NCBI GenBank assembly: GCA_023245895.1
Contig: JAHFJJ010000001.1
Span: 7,621-71,620, forward strand
Source of the DNA: Candidatus Doudnabacteria bacterium
GTDB lineage: Bacteria; Patescibacteriota; Doudnabacteria; UBA920
Length of the DNA stretch: 64,000 nt
Reading direction: 5' to 3'
Below the pieces are notes generated by a model, which was not told the DNA's origin, searched no databases, and was given only the letters and a program-made list of their open reading frames with translations. How positions within the stretch are numbered: the first letter of the stretch is position 1; each line of letters begins with the position of its first letter. Position numbers and translations under genes: made by a program. Shown here piece after piece: positions 34,704 to 43,614 of this stretch.

Positions 34704-35556
34704 AACAATTTACGGCTTCATCCTTAAACCAATTTATAAATTGGGACATACTATCATGGGCTATTAAATCTTTGGCGTCGAAAGTAAAGAGTTGTCCGTA
34801 CCTAGAGAAATAAATTGCAAGTTTGTTTACCTCGCATTTGCCAGGGGTATCCCCAATGCCACCAATTTTATGCAGTAAATAATAACCGGCTAACTGATGA
34901 AGCATTGGTCTGTCAAATTTTAAGTATTTCGTTGTTTTGATGTCAATCAGGATATCGTCGACGAGCAAATCAGCATCCGCGCCGCCGACTAAATTAGAAG
35001 CATGTCCAAAAGTAGGATTAAGCAAACATATGTTTTTTGCGGCAAATATCTCTGGCTTAACCAAATGGATTAAATTTTCAAGATCGGTTACATCTCCCTG
35101 ATCAACAACGCCAAAGTTCCGATCAAGTCGGCCTTCCCTATAAATTTTATCAAGCTGGGCAAGGAGGATGGCGCTCTTAATGATTCCTTTTGTAATCTGG
35201 CCTGATTTAAGATAATCAGCATAAAGTTGTTTGGCCTCATTTAGAATTGCCAATCCTTTATTGTAAGTTTTTTCATACCAAGAGCGACCAAAAATGGAAT
35301 ATGATGTTCCCCATCCAAAGGTTTCGGGAATCTGCTTTACTGCCTGTTCGGCAACCCAGGTTTTAATTATAGCGTTTGGGTTTAAGCGCTTTAAATAGAA
35401 CCGCAGCAGATAATCAAAAGCCGTGCCGACCAGCATATAGTTTTGGGTAAGCGGAGGGGCTAGCAAAGCAGTTTGACAATTGAAATCCGGCAACATGAAT
35501 GTTTCCTGAAATTTTTCCCGCACCTGCTTTACTTTAATGAATGAAGTAAGGCTCAT
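34693..35556 (-). CDS. PD-(D/E)xK nuclease-like hypothetical protein, upstream of and overlapping the PrimPol-helicase
   Basis: GGADADLLVDDILIDIKTTKY fits the D...(D/E)xK restriction-endonuclease-fold motif. Weakly supported. Confidence 0.4.
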   Translation of the reverse strand: MSLTSFIKVKQVREKFQETFMLPDFNCQTALLAPPLTQNYMLVGTAFDYLLRFYLKRLNPNAIIKTWVAEQAVKQIPETFGWGTSYSIFGRSWYEKTYNKGLAILNEAKQLYADYLKSGQITKGIIKSAILLAQLDKIYREGRLDRNFGVVDQGDVTDLENLIHLVKPEIFAAKNICLLNPTFGHASNLVGGADADLLVDDILIDIKTTKYLKFDRPMLHQLAGYYLLHKIGGIGDTPGKCEVNKLAIYFSRYGQLFTFDAKDLIAHDSMSQFINWFKDEAVNCFGI

Positions 35557-35718
35557 TAAGGTATTTTAGCCTAAATAAAGCGGTTTATGCAAAAGGCCCA
35601 TTCCGCTATTTTTTGTTTTTTTATACAGGGTTTATTTTTTGTGGTATAATAAAAGCACTTAGTTTGCCTGAGCAAAACAAAACCAAAAATTTAATCTGCT
35701 TAAGCCACACTCTTCTAT

Positions 35719-35907
35719 ATGGAACCCCTAAGAGAAAATTTTTTAAAGACTTACGCCAATACCCCTATTAACTTGCGAGGAGATATAATTTTGGTTTTGG
35801 ATAAATTGGGACCGGTTAGTTGGAACGCGGCCTATATTGAAGTTGAACAAAAGTCAGAAATATCGGAAACAATTTTAAAAGAACTTAAGGCCCTGGATTT
35901 AATTTAA
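35719..35907 (+). CDS. Small hypothetical protein, 62 aa
   Basis: ORF only. Confidence 0.25.
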   Translation: MEPLRENFLKTYANTPINLRGDIILVLDKLGPVSWNAAYIEVEQKSEISETILKELKALDLI

Positions 35908-35911
35908 AACT

Positions 35912-36160
35912 ATGCAAAAAGAAACTCAAGAAAACTTGAAAAAAGAACGCGAGTTAGTTATAGCGCGTTTAGAAGTTATGTCGCCGGAATTGCATTTTTC
36001 CAGCGGTCATAGTTTTCAAAATTTCTCCAGGGACGAAATTATTGCCCAAATTAAGGAAGGTACCAATGTTGGAGCAGAGTTTGTTAAAACAGAAATGGAA
36101 TTCTTAAGAGCCTTAAAAGACGGTAAGTTACTAAAAAGTTTAATACCTGATCAAACATAG
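35912..36160 (+). CDS. Small hypothetical protein, 82 aa
   Basis: ORF only, in a tightly spaced co-directional series. Confidence 0.25.
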   Translation: MQKETQENLKKERELVIARLEVMSPELHFSSGHSFQNFSRDEIIAQIKEGTNVGAEFVKTEMEFLRALKDGKLLKSLIPDQT

Positions 36161-36814
36161 ATGTCTAGAATTCTTATTGTAACCAACCCATGCGACGATA
36201 AGGTTACTGAATATCTGGATACTTGGTCGGAAAAAGCAATTAATCTGGCTAAAGCTCAGCCAGATACTTTTGTTTATGAGCTGCGCGGGGGAAAGGCAAA
36301 CAGAGAAGACTTTGTTAAGGTTATAGAAGAAAAGCAGCCGCAACTTATTCTATTTAACAGTCATGGCAACCACGATTCTATTACCGGCTTTAATCAAGAC
36401 GTGCTCGTTCGGTGCGGTGAAAATGAACACCTATTAAAAGACAAAATAATCCATGCAATGTCTTGCAACGCGGGTAAAACGCTTGGACCGGAAGCCATAA
36501 AAATTGGAGGCGTGGCATATATAGGTTATAAAGAAGAGTTTAAGCTCACCCATCTTAACAAAAATACTAAAGCCGAACAGTTGCGAGATGAGGTCGCCCA
36601 GTTTTTCTTGGAGCCTGCCTATGAAGCCATAATAGCTCTTGTCGAAGGAAGCACAGTTGAAGAAGCTTTCAACCGTTCACGAAAAATGTGCGCAGATAAT
36701 TTAACTTCTTTAATAACCAGCAATTCTCCCAGTTTAAACTCCAGCGTTGCCAGTCGCTTATACCATAACTACCAGCATCAAGTTTATTTGGGAAATGGCG
36801 CAGCCACGTTCTAA
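36161..36814 (+). CDS. Hypothetical protein with a possible caspase-like His-Gly...Cys dyad
   Basis: LILFNSHGNHDSITG (His-Gly) followed about 40 aa later by IIHAMSCNAGKT (Cys) recalls the C14/CHAT-type protease dyad spacing. Speculative. Confidence 0.3.
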   Translation: MSRILIVTNPCDDKVTEYLDTWSEKAINLAKAQPDTFVYELRGGKANREDFVKVIEEKQPQLILFNSHGNHDSITGFNQDVLVRCGENEHLLKDKIIHAMSCNAGKTLGPEAIKIGGVAYIGYKEEFKLTHLNKNTKAEQLRDEVAQFFLEPAYEAIIALVEGSTVEEAFNRSRKMCADNLTSLITSNSPSLNSSVASRLYHNYQHQVYLGNGAATF

Positions 36815-36838
36815 TTTAACTCATTTCAAAACAGGCTC

Positions 36839-38257
36839 TTGGAAATACATACGCCGGGACAAATTTTTAGAAACACTCCGTACGATAAATTTATTTTGAA
36901 CCTTTCGTGCAGCCAAGCTAAGCTGGAAAATGACAACAAAGGAGTAGATGTAAAGCGCGGACTTAGAAAGAAAATTGCAGCAGGTATGACCATTGGCTTG
37001 GTACCGGAAGGTTATGTAAATTCCAAATATGCAGCCAGGGGCACAAACGTGGCGTTAAAAGATTCAGAGCGTTTTCCTTTGGTCCGCAAAATGTGGGACT
37101 TAATGCTTACAGGAAATTATACACCGCAACAAATTTTAAAAATTGCAAACAGAGAATGGGGTTATAAAACAATTCAGCGGCACAAAATTGGTGGCAAATC
37201 TTTATCTCGTAGTGCAATCTACCAAATGTTTAAAAATCCATTTTATTATGGTTCTATATTTCTTCGTAAAGCTGACGAAGTACATCCGGGCACTCACGAG
37301 CCAATGGTTACCAAAGAAGAATTTGACCGCGTCCAATTTTTGCTCCGCAGCAAGGGCTTAAAATCCGCGCCTCATACAAAAGAGTTTGCCCATACCGGAC
37401 AAATTGTTTGCCAGGAGTGCGGCTGCCAAATTACAGCAGAAGAAAAAAATAAATTCGTCTGCACCAATTGCAAACAAAAGTTCACCCATTCCTTTAAAGG
37501 TAATAAAGCGGCCTGCCCGTACTGCGGTACTTTAATTGCTAACATGGAAAAGCCAAAAAGCTACCATTATGTTCACTACCGCTGCACCAAACGCAAGAAC
37601 ACTGAAACTTTCCGCTGCTCTCAATCCAGCGTTAGTGAAAAAGACTTGGAAGGCCAGGTTAAAAACTTCCTAGCGACAATAAGCATAAACCCCAAATATC
37701 TGGAATGGGGCCTTAAGCATTTAAACGAAAACAAACCAAAAGAAGCCGTAACAGAGGAGGCTATAGCTCAAAATGCAGAAAAGGCATTAGCCGGCATAGA
37801 GAAAAAACTCGGTGGTTTAATTGATATGCGCGCTGCGGGAGAAATTAGCGAGGAGGAATTTAGCAAACGCAGGCAAGCGGCTCTAAATGAAAAGGAGCTG
37901 ATGGAAACAATTTTAAAAAAGAATAAACGCGATGACAGCCAAGGCACTAACAAAGCAAAAGAAACTTTAACATTTGCCGAGCGCGCCTTAAGAGAATACG
38001 AAAATGGCGACAAAAGAAAGAAACACGAGATATTAAAGACCTTAAGTTCGGAACTAAAGCTAAACAACAAAACACTTCTTATACATGCGCAGAAACCTTC
38101 TATAATTCTAACTCAATCTCTTGTGGCCGTACCTGAAGCAAAAGCAGGGTTAGGAACCGTAGAACCCACTATAAACAAAAGACGAACTGCGTCTTTCGAC
38201 GTCGTTCGTCCTTCGTGGCTCGGGAGCTGGGATTCGAACCCAGAACCAATCGATTAA
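36839..38257 (+). pseudogene. Large serine recombinase lacking the N-terminal catalytic (resolvase) domain: recombinase domain, zinc ribbon and coiled coil only
   Basis: It carries the recombinase-domain motif (YQMFKNPFYYGSI), a CxxC...CxxC zinc beta-ribbon (CQECGC...CTNC...CPYCG) and a coiled-coil tail. No Ser-containing resolvase domain or alpha-E helix appears upstream. Its 3' end runs into tRNA-Asn, the expected att site. Confidence 0.65.
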
Positions 38258-38290
38258 CAGTCGATTGCTCTACCGTTGAGCTACTCCCGA
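38216..38290 (-). tRNA. tRNA-Asn (anticodon GTT), CCA encoded
   Basis: The cloverleaf reads out by hand: acceptor tcgggag/ctcccga, D-arm gctc-aacggta-gagc, anticodon stem atcga/tcgat with loop ctGTTaa, T-arm ctggg-ttcgaat-cccag, discriminator G then CCA. 75 nt. Confidence 0.85.
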
Positions 38291-38526
38291 ATATTTTCGT
38301 CAAGCCATTTGCGGCCTTGACCAGACTTTAAGAATTTTTCTCTTCTTAAGGCCTCGTTTTTTGTCGCAAACATCTCTTGATGGATTAATATCCAAGGCTT
38401 GTTATGTCGAGTAAAGATGTTAGTCCCATTGTTATGTTCGGCAAGGCGCGCTTCCGCAGATTTTGAGCTGGAGCCGACATAGCGTTTGCTATTCCTTTGG
38501 CTTTTTAACACATATACGCGGAACAT
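38281..38526 (-). CDS. GIY-YIG nuclease (COG2827/Slx1-URI-like), free-standing; its last 3 codons overlap the tRNA-Asn 5' end
   Basis: 81 aa. YVLKSQ...RYVGSS...RLAEHNNG...KPWILIHQEMFATKNEALRREKFLKSGQGRKWLDEN. It is a paralog of the domain inserted in the DHFR-like gene. Confidence 0.75.
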   Translation of the reverse strand: MFRVYVLKSQRNSKRYVGSSSKSAEARLAEHNNGTNIFTRHNKPWILIHQEMFATKNEALRREKFLKSGQGRKWLDENIRE

Positions 38527-38538
38527 ATTTTTACAGTC

Positions 38539-38599
38539 TCCGCCGGAGGCGGACCAGCCTCTGGCTGGGATTGCTCTACCGTTGAGCTACTCCCGAATA
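38539..38599. repeat. Palindrome ccgccggaggcggaccagcctctggctgg, followed by a 31-nt duplicate of the tRNA-Asn 5' half
   Basis: 38569-38599 (gattgctctaccgttgagctactcccgaata) is identical to 38263-38293, which covers tRNA nt 1-28 plus 3 flanking nt. The GIY-YIG gene lies between the two copies. Confidence 0.75.
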
Positions 38600-38682
38600 A
38601 GATTATTACGATAAAACTCCTGTATATATTAACAGATTATAAAATTTCTATCAAGCAATTCTATCAAGCAGGGTATTAAACA

Positions 38683-38715
38683 AAATAAACGCCCCGCCAA
38701 TGGGGACGCTTATTT
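38683..38715. terminator. Bidirectional terminator hairpin
   Basis: aaacgccccgccaatggggacgctt flanked by an A-run and a T-run. Confidence 0.5.
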
Positions 38716-38731
38716 TTTAACTAAAATTAAA

Positions 38732-39019
38732 TTAAACTGTCTGGCGCAAAGCCCGGACTATGGCTATTAGCACTATGGCGCCCAGTAGCGCGACCAGGAA
38801 GCTGTAAAGGTTAAAACCGCTTATTCCGTTCTGACCAAAGAAGCTCATTAGCCAACCCCCTACTACCGCTCCAATTATCCCGACCACAACATTCATAAAC
38901 GAGCCTTGCTCGGCGTCGGTCTTCATTACGAGCGAAGCCACCCAGCCGACCAGCGCGCCAAAAATAATCCAAAGAATAATTCCCATACCCAGTATATCAA
39001 CTTTCAATTCCAACCGCAT
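38732..39019 (-). CDS. GlsB/YeaQ/YmgE-family stress membrane protein (transglycosylase-associated)
   Basis: 95 aa. ILWIIFGALVGWVASLVM...VVGIIGAVVGGWL is the family pattern. Confidence 0.75.
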   Translation of the reverse strand: MRLELKVDILGMGIILWIIFGALVGWVASLVMKTDAEQGSFMNVVVGIIGAVVGGWLMSFFGQNGISGFNLYSFLVALLGAIVLIAIVRALRQTV

Positions 39020-39124
39020 AAAGCGAATGGAGTTTAGATAAATTATAAAATTTAGCCTGCTTACACCCAGCTACAATATTGAAAGTTGTATTACTGGGCA
39101 TAAATTTTATTATTAATGATTAAA

Positions 39125-39328
39125 TTAATTAGAAGGTTTGCTGACATTCACGTCAATCCTGTCAGGCACGTTTATGTTGGTGCCGGAATTCCGCTCCCGC
39201 AAAGCGGGCAGGCCATAGGCGAAAAACAGGAAGACAAGCACAGCCGCCAGGATAATACCGATTATTAGTCCCGCGCTGCTGCCGCTATCACTGGCGTTTT
39301 GCGGCGGATTGTTTATTATAGTTGGCAT
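39125..39328 (-). CDS. Small single-pass membrane protein, 67 aa
   Basis: Hydrophilic Ser-rich N-terminus followed by 1 TM helix. Confidence 0.3.
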   Translation of the reverse strand: MPTIINNPPQNASDSGSSAGLIIGIILAAVLVFLFFAYGLPALRERNSGTNINVPDRIDVNVSKPSN

Positions 39329-39362
39329 ATGTTTATTTGTTATTAATTATCTAATATAAGGC

Positions 39363-39506
39363 CTAGTCCCTATCCCTTAAAACTTCAGCCTCCTCGCGGT
39401 GGCCGGCGGCCTTGTCCTGCTCCTCCGCGGCAGCGGCATCGTGCTCCCGCGCCGCGTTCTCTTCAGCCTGGGCCGCGTCGTTGTCGGCCTGGTTGGTATC
39501 TGCCAT
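39363..39506 (-). CDS. Small acidic Ala/Glu-rich protein, 47 aa; an alternative frame to the track ORF 39377-39568
   Basis: MADTNQADNDAAQAEENAAREHDAAAAEEQDKAAGHREEAEVLRDRD, with aaaggga 7 nt upstream of the ATG. I cannot decide from sequence whether this frame or the track frame is real. Confidence 0.25.
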   Translation of the reverse strand: MADTNQADNDAAQAEENAAREHDAAAAEEQDKAAGHREEAEVLRDRD

Positions 39507-39632
39507 ATAATTTCCCTTTCATAAAGATTGCGCCGCCCGCCCGCTTGGGCCTGACTAAGGCGAGACAAGCCAAACCTTATTTATTAACTATTCCGTCCCC
39601 GCCATTTATAACGCTTATTTTTGGAAAATGAT

Positions 39633-39992
39633 TCAACTAAAAGCTAATTTTTGCTTGGCCTTTTCTACCACCTCACGCAAACTCCAGTTATAAGGCAGGT
39701 GTTCGTCCAGCCCCATGGAGTACTGCGTGAATATTTCTCGGTCCCGGAAGCTGTTGAGGAATAAAGCCGGCAGCTTCCTTGCCCAGCTCTGCCTGCGGAT
39801 TTGATTTACCGCCGGCTGCCCTTCTTCTTCGGCCACATCCACTACCACTAAGTCCGGATGCCGGCTCTGCGCGACTTTTACCGCTGCCTGTCCGCTGGAA
39901 GCGGTTAGCACCTCAAAACCCTCGGTCTTAAATTTTTGTACCCAGGCCTTTTCCAGGCTCGCGGTATCTTCTATTACTAATATTTTTGCCAT
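39633..39992 (-). CDS. Response regulator receiver (CheY-like) domain protein
   Basis: ILVIED near the N-terminus, the phospho-acceptor region DLVVVD, 119 aa. It lies directly downstream of the GGDEF-EAL gene. Confidence 0.65.
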   Translation of the reverse strand: MAKILVIEDTASLEKAWVQKFKTEGFEVLTASSGQAAVKVAQSRHPDLVVVDVAEEEGQPAVNQIRRQSWARKLPALFLNSFRDREIFTQYSMGLDEHLPYNWSLREVVEKAKQKLAFS

Positions 39993-40065
39993 TTTGGCTC
40001 CTTTTTTAATTTTAATTATTTTTTACGCCGGCCTTACGACTTAGCCGGCATCAAAATATTTCTAT

Positions 40066-40150
40066 AAAAACAAAAACCGAACAAACATTTGTCCGGTTTC
40101 GCCATTGGCCTCCCCGCAGCTTTAAGGCGACCATATAATAAGCTGCGGAT
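40066..40150 (-). ncRNA. Conserved structured element, copy A: hairpin with conserved loop ATTATaTGGTCGCCTTA plus palindrome ccgGacaaatgtttgttcgg
   Basis: A second copy sits at 44333-44458. Loop and palindrome are conserved between copies, while the flanking stem differs with compensatory changes (gcagctt/aagctgc against ctgaaagtt/aactttcag). Confidence 0.4.
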
Positions 40151-40167
40151 TTAGGGCTTACAGAATA

Positions 40168-42480
40168 TTAAATTTTTACCGGTTCCTGCGCGGGTTCTTT
40201 TTTCGGCAACAGCTTTTTTGCTTCCAGCCAGCCGGCGACTGCTTCAGGCGCCATAGGCGGGGAAATATAATAGCCCTGCGCCGCGTCGCATCCCAGGCCT
40301 GCCAAAAAATTAAATTGCTGGTCAGTCTCCACGCCTTCGGCAATGACTTTTAAATTCAAGGTGCGGGCCATAGAAACAATGGTGCGCACAATACCCGCGT
40401 CCTGTTCATTTACAATGCACTGCCTGACGAAAGAACGGTCAATTTTAAGGTTATGGATAGGAAAGCGCTTTAAATAACTTAAGGAGGAATAGCCCGTCCC
40501 AAAATCATCTATGCTAATCCTAACGCCCATTTTCTTAAGCTGTTTCAAATTATGGCTTGTGGTTTCCAGGTTGCTCATTGCAACGCTCTCGGTAATCTCT
40601 ACTTCCAGGTTGCCCGCATCCATGGCGGATTCTTGCAAAATACGCGCCAGCTGCTCAAGGAATTCGCTGTCGGCAAAGCTTTGGGCTGAAAGATTAACAG
40701 CCATCCGGAACTGCGGAAAACCCATAGCCTCCCAGTCTATATATTGCCGGCAGGTCGCTTTTAAGGCATATTCGCTAAAGCGTAAAATTAAACCGGTTTC
40801 TTCGGCCAGGGGAATAAATTCCGCCGGCGAAAGTAATCCTTTAACCGGATGCTGCCAGCGGGCCAGGGCTTCCATAGCCATGAGTTTTCCGGTTTTCAAA
40901 TTTACAATCGGCTGGTAATAAAGCGACACTTGATTTTCGGCCAGAGCGCGGCGGAGGTCATTTTCCAAAGCCAGTTTTTCAGAGGCGTGGGTGTCCGAGG
41001 ATGGGTTATAGAGGCTGTAACAGTTGCGGCCTTTTTCCTTGGCGCGGTAGAGGGCCATATCCGCGTGCTTTTTTAGTTCATGAGTATCGTGGCCGTCGTA
41101 AGGGTAAATAGCAATACCAATGCTGACCGAAGGGTGGAATGTATGCGCGCCCAGCTGTACCGGTATGCTACTGGCTTTTAGGATTTTTTCCGCGACCTTT
41201 ACCGCCTCGCCTCCGGAATGTATTTCGTTCAATAAAATTAAAAACTCATCCCCCCCAAAACGCGCAATAGTGTCCTCCGCCCTCAGACAGGACTTAAAAC
41301 GCGTGGCCGCTAATTTTAGCACGGTATCGCCCACCGAATGGCCCAGTGTGTCATTAATGCTTTTAAAGCGGTCCATGTCCAAAAACATTATTGCCATTTT
41401 CCTGTTATGCCGCTTAGCCGCTTCTATGGCTTGTTCAACCCTAATACCGAATTGCTTGCGGTTGGGCAGGCCGGTTAGGGAATCATGGTAGGCCTGGTGT
41501 AAAATGGTCTGTTCTGAAAATTTGCGTTCGGTAATGTCGCGCAGGTTGGCCACAATACTGCCTACGCCGGGATGGTCCATCATGTTAACCAATGTCGCTT
41601 CCAGCCAGCGCACGGAACCGTCGCTATGCCAAAAACGGAACTCAAGCGTTTTGGAGCTTTGGGGGACCTGCAAAATTTCAGTGCTATGGGAACGTAAAAG
41701 CGGCAGGTCTTCTTCTAAAACCAACTCGGTAATTTTTTTGTTAATTAAATCGGCCGATTTGTATCCGGACACCTTTGCGGCCGAAGGAGTCATGTCTAAA
41801 ATTTGCCCCTCGGGAGAAATAAGGGCAATAATGTCATAGCTGTTTTCAACCAGGGCCTGGAAACGGGATTTTTGGTTTTCGGCTTCCAGCCTGGCGGCCT
41901 GTTCGCTGGCCAACAAACGGTATATGGTAATGGCCTGGGCGGCACTATGACCAATTAAAACACAAAGGTCTTTTTCATCATCCGTGAATTCGTGTACGTT
42001 GTTGTAGCAAATGTTGAAAGTGCCGTAATTAGTATTTTTATATGCAATGGGAATTGCCACAAAACCTTTAATGTAGGGCTTGAGCTCAGATACCAGCTTG
42101 TCCCATTGTGTATAATCCGACATATAAATAGGCATTTTGTCGTCAAATGCCTTTTGTGTAATGCCGTCTGTCCTGGGCGGGGTCGGTTCAAAAGGAGTAC
42201 GCGGGTCTTTATAGAGCAGCCTAAATTCTTTTTCAGTACTGTCTTTAAAAAAAGAAAAGCCGTAATTGGCGTTTAAAATATCAACTGTAACGTCAGTAAA
42301 ATTTTGTACGATTTGCCTCTCGTTGGCCGCGCCGACAGATTTAAGGACAGCCTGGTTTAACCTATTAAAATTTTTCTTAATGTTTTCTTGCATAAAGTTA
42401 AAGGAAAGGGGCTTGCTGGAGGAATGGGAAATTCCCCCAGCAAGTGTAGCGTAGGCTATTGGAACACCAACAAACGGCAC
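40168..42480 (-). CDS. GAF/PAS sensor protein with GGDEF and EAL domains (c-di-GMP turnover)
   Basis: RFGGDEF with an upstream LDMDRFKSIND GGDEF core. EAL motifs EALARWQHP and the DDFGTGYSSL region. Central PAS segment. 770 aa. Confidence 0.85.
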   Translation of the reverse strand: MPFVGVPIAYATLAGGISHSSSKPLSFNFMQENIKKNFNRLNQAVLKSVGAANERQIVQNFTDVTVDILNANYGFSFFKDSTEKEFRLLYKDPRTPFEPTPPRTDGITQKAFDDKMPIYMSDYTQWDKLVSELKPYIKGFVAIPIAYKNTNYGTFNICYNNVHEFTDDEKDLCVLIGHSAAQAITIYRLLASEQAARLEAENQKSRFQALVENSYDIIALISPEGQILDMTPSAAKVSGYKSADLINKKITELVLEEDLPLLRSHSTEILQVPQSSKTLEFRFWHSDGSVRWLEATLVNMMDHPGVGSIVANLRDITERKFSEQTILHQAYHDSLTGLPNRKQFGIRVEQAIEAAKRHNRKMAIMFLDMDRFKSINDTLGHSVGDTVLKLAATRFKSCLRAEDTIARFGGDEFLILLNEIHSGGEAVKVAEKILKASSIPVQLGAHTFHPSVSIGIAIYPYDGHDTHELKKHADMALYRAKEKGRNCYSLYNPSSDTHASEKLALENDLRRALAENQVSLYYQPIVNLKTGKLMAMEALARWQHPVKGLLSPAEFIPLAEETGLILRFSEYALKATCRQYIDWEAMGFPQFRMAVNLSAQSFADSEFLEQLARILQESAMDAGNLEVEITESVAMSNLETTSHNLKQLKKMGVRISIDDFGTGYSSLSYLKRFPIHNLKIDRSFVRQCIVNEQDAGIVRTIVSMARTLNLKVIAEGVETDQQFNFLAGLGCDAAQGYYISPPMAPEAVAGWLEAKKLLPKKEPAQEPVKI

Positions 42481-43247
42481 TTGTCGTCTTGGTTCTCCAA
42501 TACCGGGCCTGAGTCATGGACCAGGCGCATGGGCTGTAGGTGCGTCTGGTAGCTTAGAGTATGCCAGTGCCAAGCCCCAGGGCTTGCAGGGCGGTCTTGC
42601 GGCCTGTCGTTTTCAAACAGTTCAGTTATGGCCAAAATACCTTCCGGCTTAAGCAGGGACTTAACCGATGCCAGGGTCAAAACCCTTTCCTCATTTGGTA
42701 CCCTGTGCAGTCCGCGGATAGCTACGACCGCGTCCACCATGCCTAGCAACACTCCGTGCCTTGCGAGTTCGTCAGCGACTAAATGGACCGGAGTATGAAG
42801 GACCTGGGCGTTGGGGAAAGAATCGCGATGTTTGGCCAGCTCTCTTTTCAAATCGGCTACTACGCTCTCGGCATAGTCAACCAAAAACAGCGTACCATTT
42901 AGGCCTGCCATTGTGGCCAATTCCAGCCCAAAGTCCATACCCGCGCAAAGATAGACAACAACGCCGGCATCCAACTTGGACATAACCAGTTCACTACGGG
43001 CAAGGGAAGCTGTAAGCTGGTCATGGAATTTTTGGTTGGCAACCAGATGCTCAGCAATCAGCTCCCGTTGCGAACCGGTGTCTCCCATGTAGTAGGCCTG
43101 CATAATGGCTTCCCGCTTGGGAGCGCGGGCAACAAAAAAATCCGGGCAATGAAGCGCGTCTCTGCAAAAAGCGTACCATTGGCTCCAGGCATCAGCATCG
43201 GTCAGTACAGGCACCTGTTGCAAGCTCAGACCTGGATGATCTTTCAT
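42456..43247 (-). CDS. Putative class I SAM-dependent methyltransferase-like protein; higher GC
   Basis: VVYLCAGMDFGLELATMAGLNGTLFLVDYAE resembles methyltransferase motif I and post-I. It overlaps the start of the GGDEF-EAL gene by 25 nt. Weakly supported. Confidence 0.4.
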   Translation of the reverse strand: MKDHPGLSLQQVPVLTDADAWSQWYAFCRDALHCPDFFVARAPKREAIMQAYYMGDTGSQRELIAEHLVANQKFHDQLTASLARSELVMSKLDAGVVVYLCAGMDFGLELATMAGLNGTLFLVDYAESVVADLKRELAKHRDSFPNAQVLHTPVHLVADELARHGVLLGMVDAVVAIRGLHRVPNEERVLTLASVKSLLKPEGILAITELFENDRPQDRPASPGAWHWHTLSYQTHLQPMRLVHDSGPVLENQDDKCRLLVFQ

Positions 43248-43368
43248 TTGTCCTCCAACACTAATTGAAATCTATTCGCAAGCCTAAGCTTGCGGACTAT
43301 GAGTATTATAATCAAAGGCCAATAATACCACAAACCCAAAACTCCCCCTCACCACCCTTAAAAAACCT

Positions 43369-43614
43369 TTAATTATGCGGGAACCGGTTTAAAGAACGGC
43401 CAATATGGATGATTGCCACCGCGCCCGTTAGCGCTACTAATAGCGTATAAGTGGTGTACCCCGCCGCGCCAGGCATGCCGATAGCGCTAATTAAAGAACT
43501 GCTGGCCAGGGCGCCAACTATGCCCATGGCAATGTCCCAGCGGCGGTTTTGCGAAGGCTTGGAAACCAGCCAACCCACAATGCCGCCAAAAAACATTAAA
43601 ATTAAAATATCCAT
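43369..43614 (-). CDS. GlsB/YeaQ/YmgE-family stress membrane protein, second paralog
   Basis: 81 aa. FFGGIVGWLVS...AMGIVGALASS. Confidence 0.7.
   Translation of the reverse strand: MDILILMFFGGIVGWLVSKPSQNRRWDIAMGIVGALASSSLISAIGMPGAAGYTTYTLLVALTGAVAIIHIGRSLNRFPHN

Noticed and set aside
36161-36814. Calling this ORF a caspase/CHAT protease
   Set aside because: Only a His-Gly...Cys spacing was noticed. That is insufficient without a profile match, so it is kept as a low-confidence note.
39377-39568. 63 aa Arg/Thr/Pro-rich ORF on the minus strand from the track
   Set aside because: Its composition looks like a shadow frame of the GC-rich sequence. An alternative 47 aa acidic frame with a plausible RBS (39363-39506) exists. 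Neither is confidently called.
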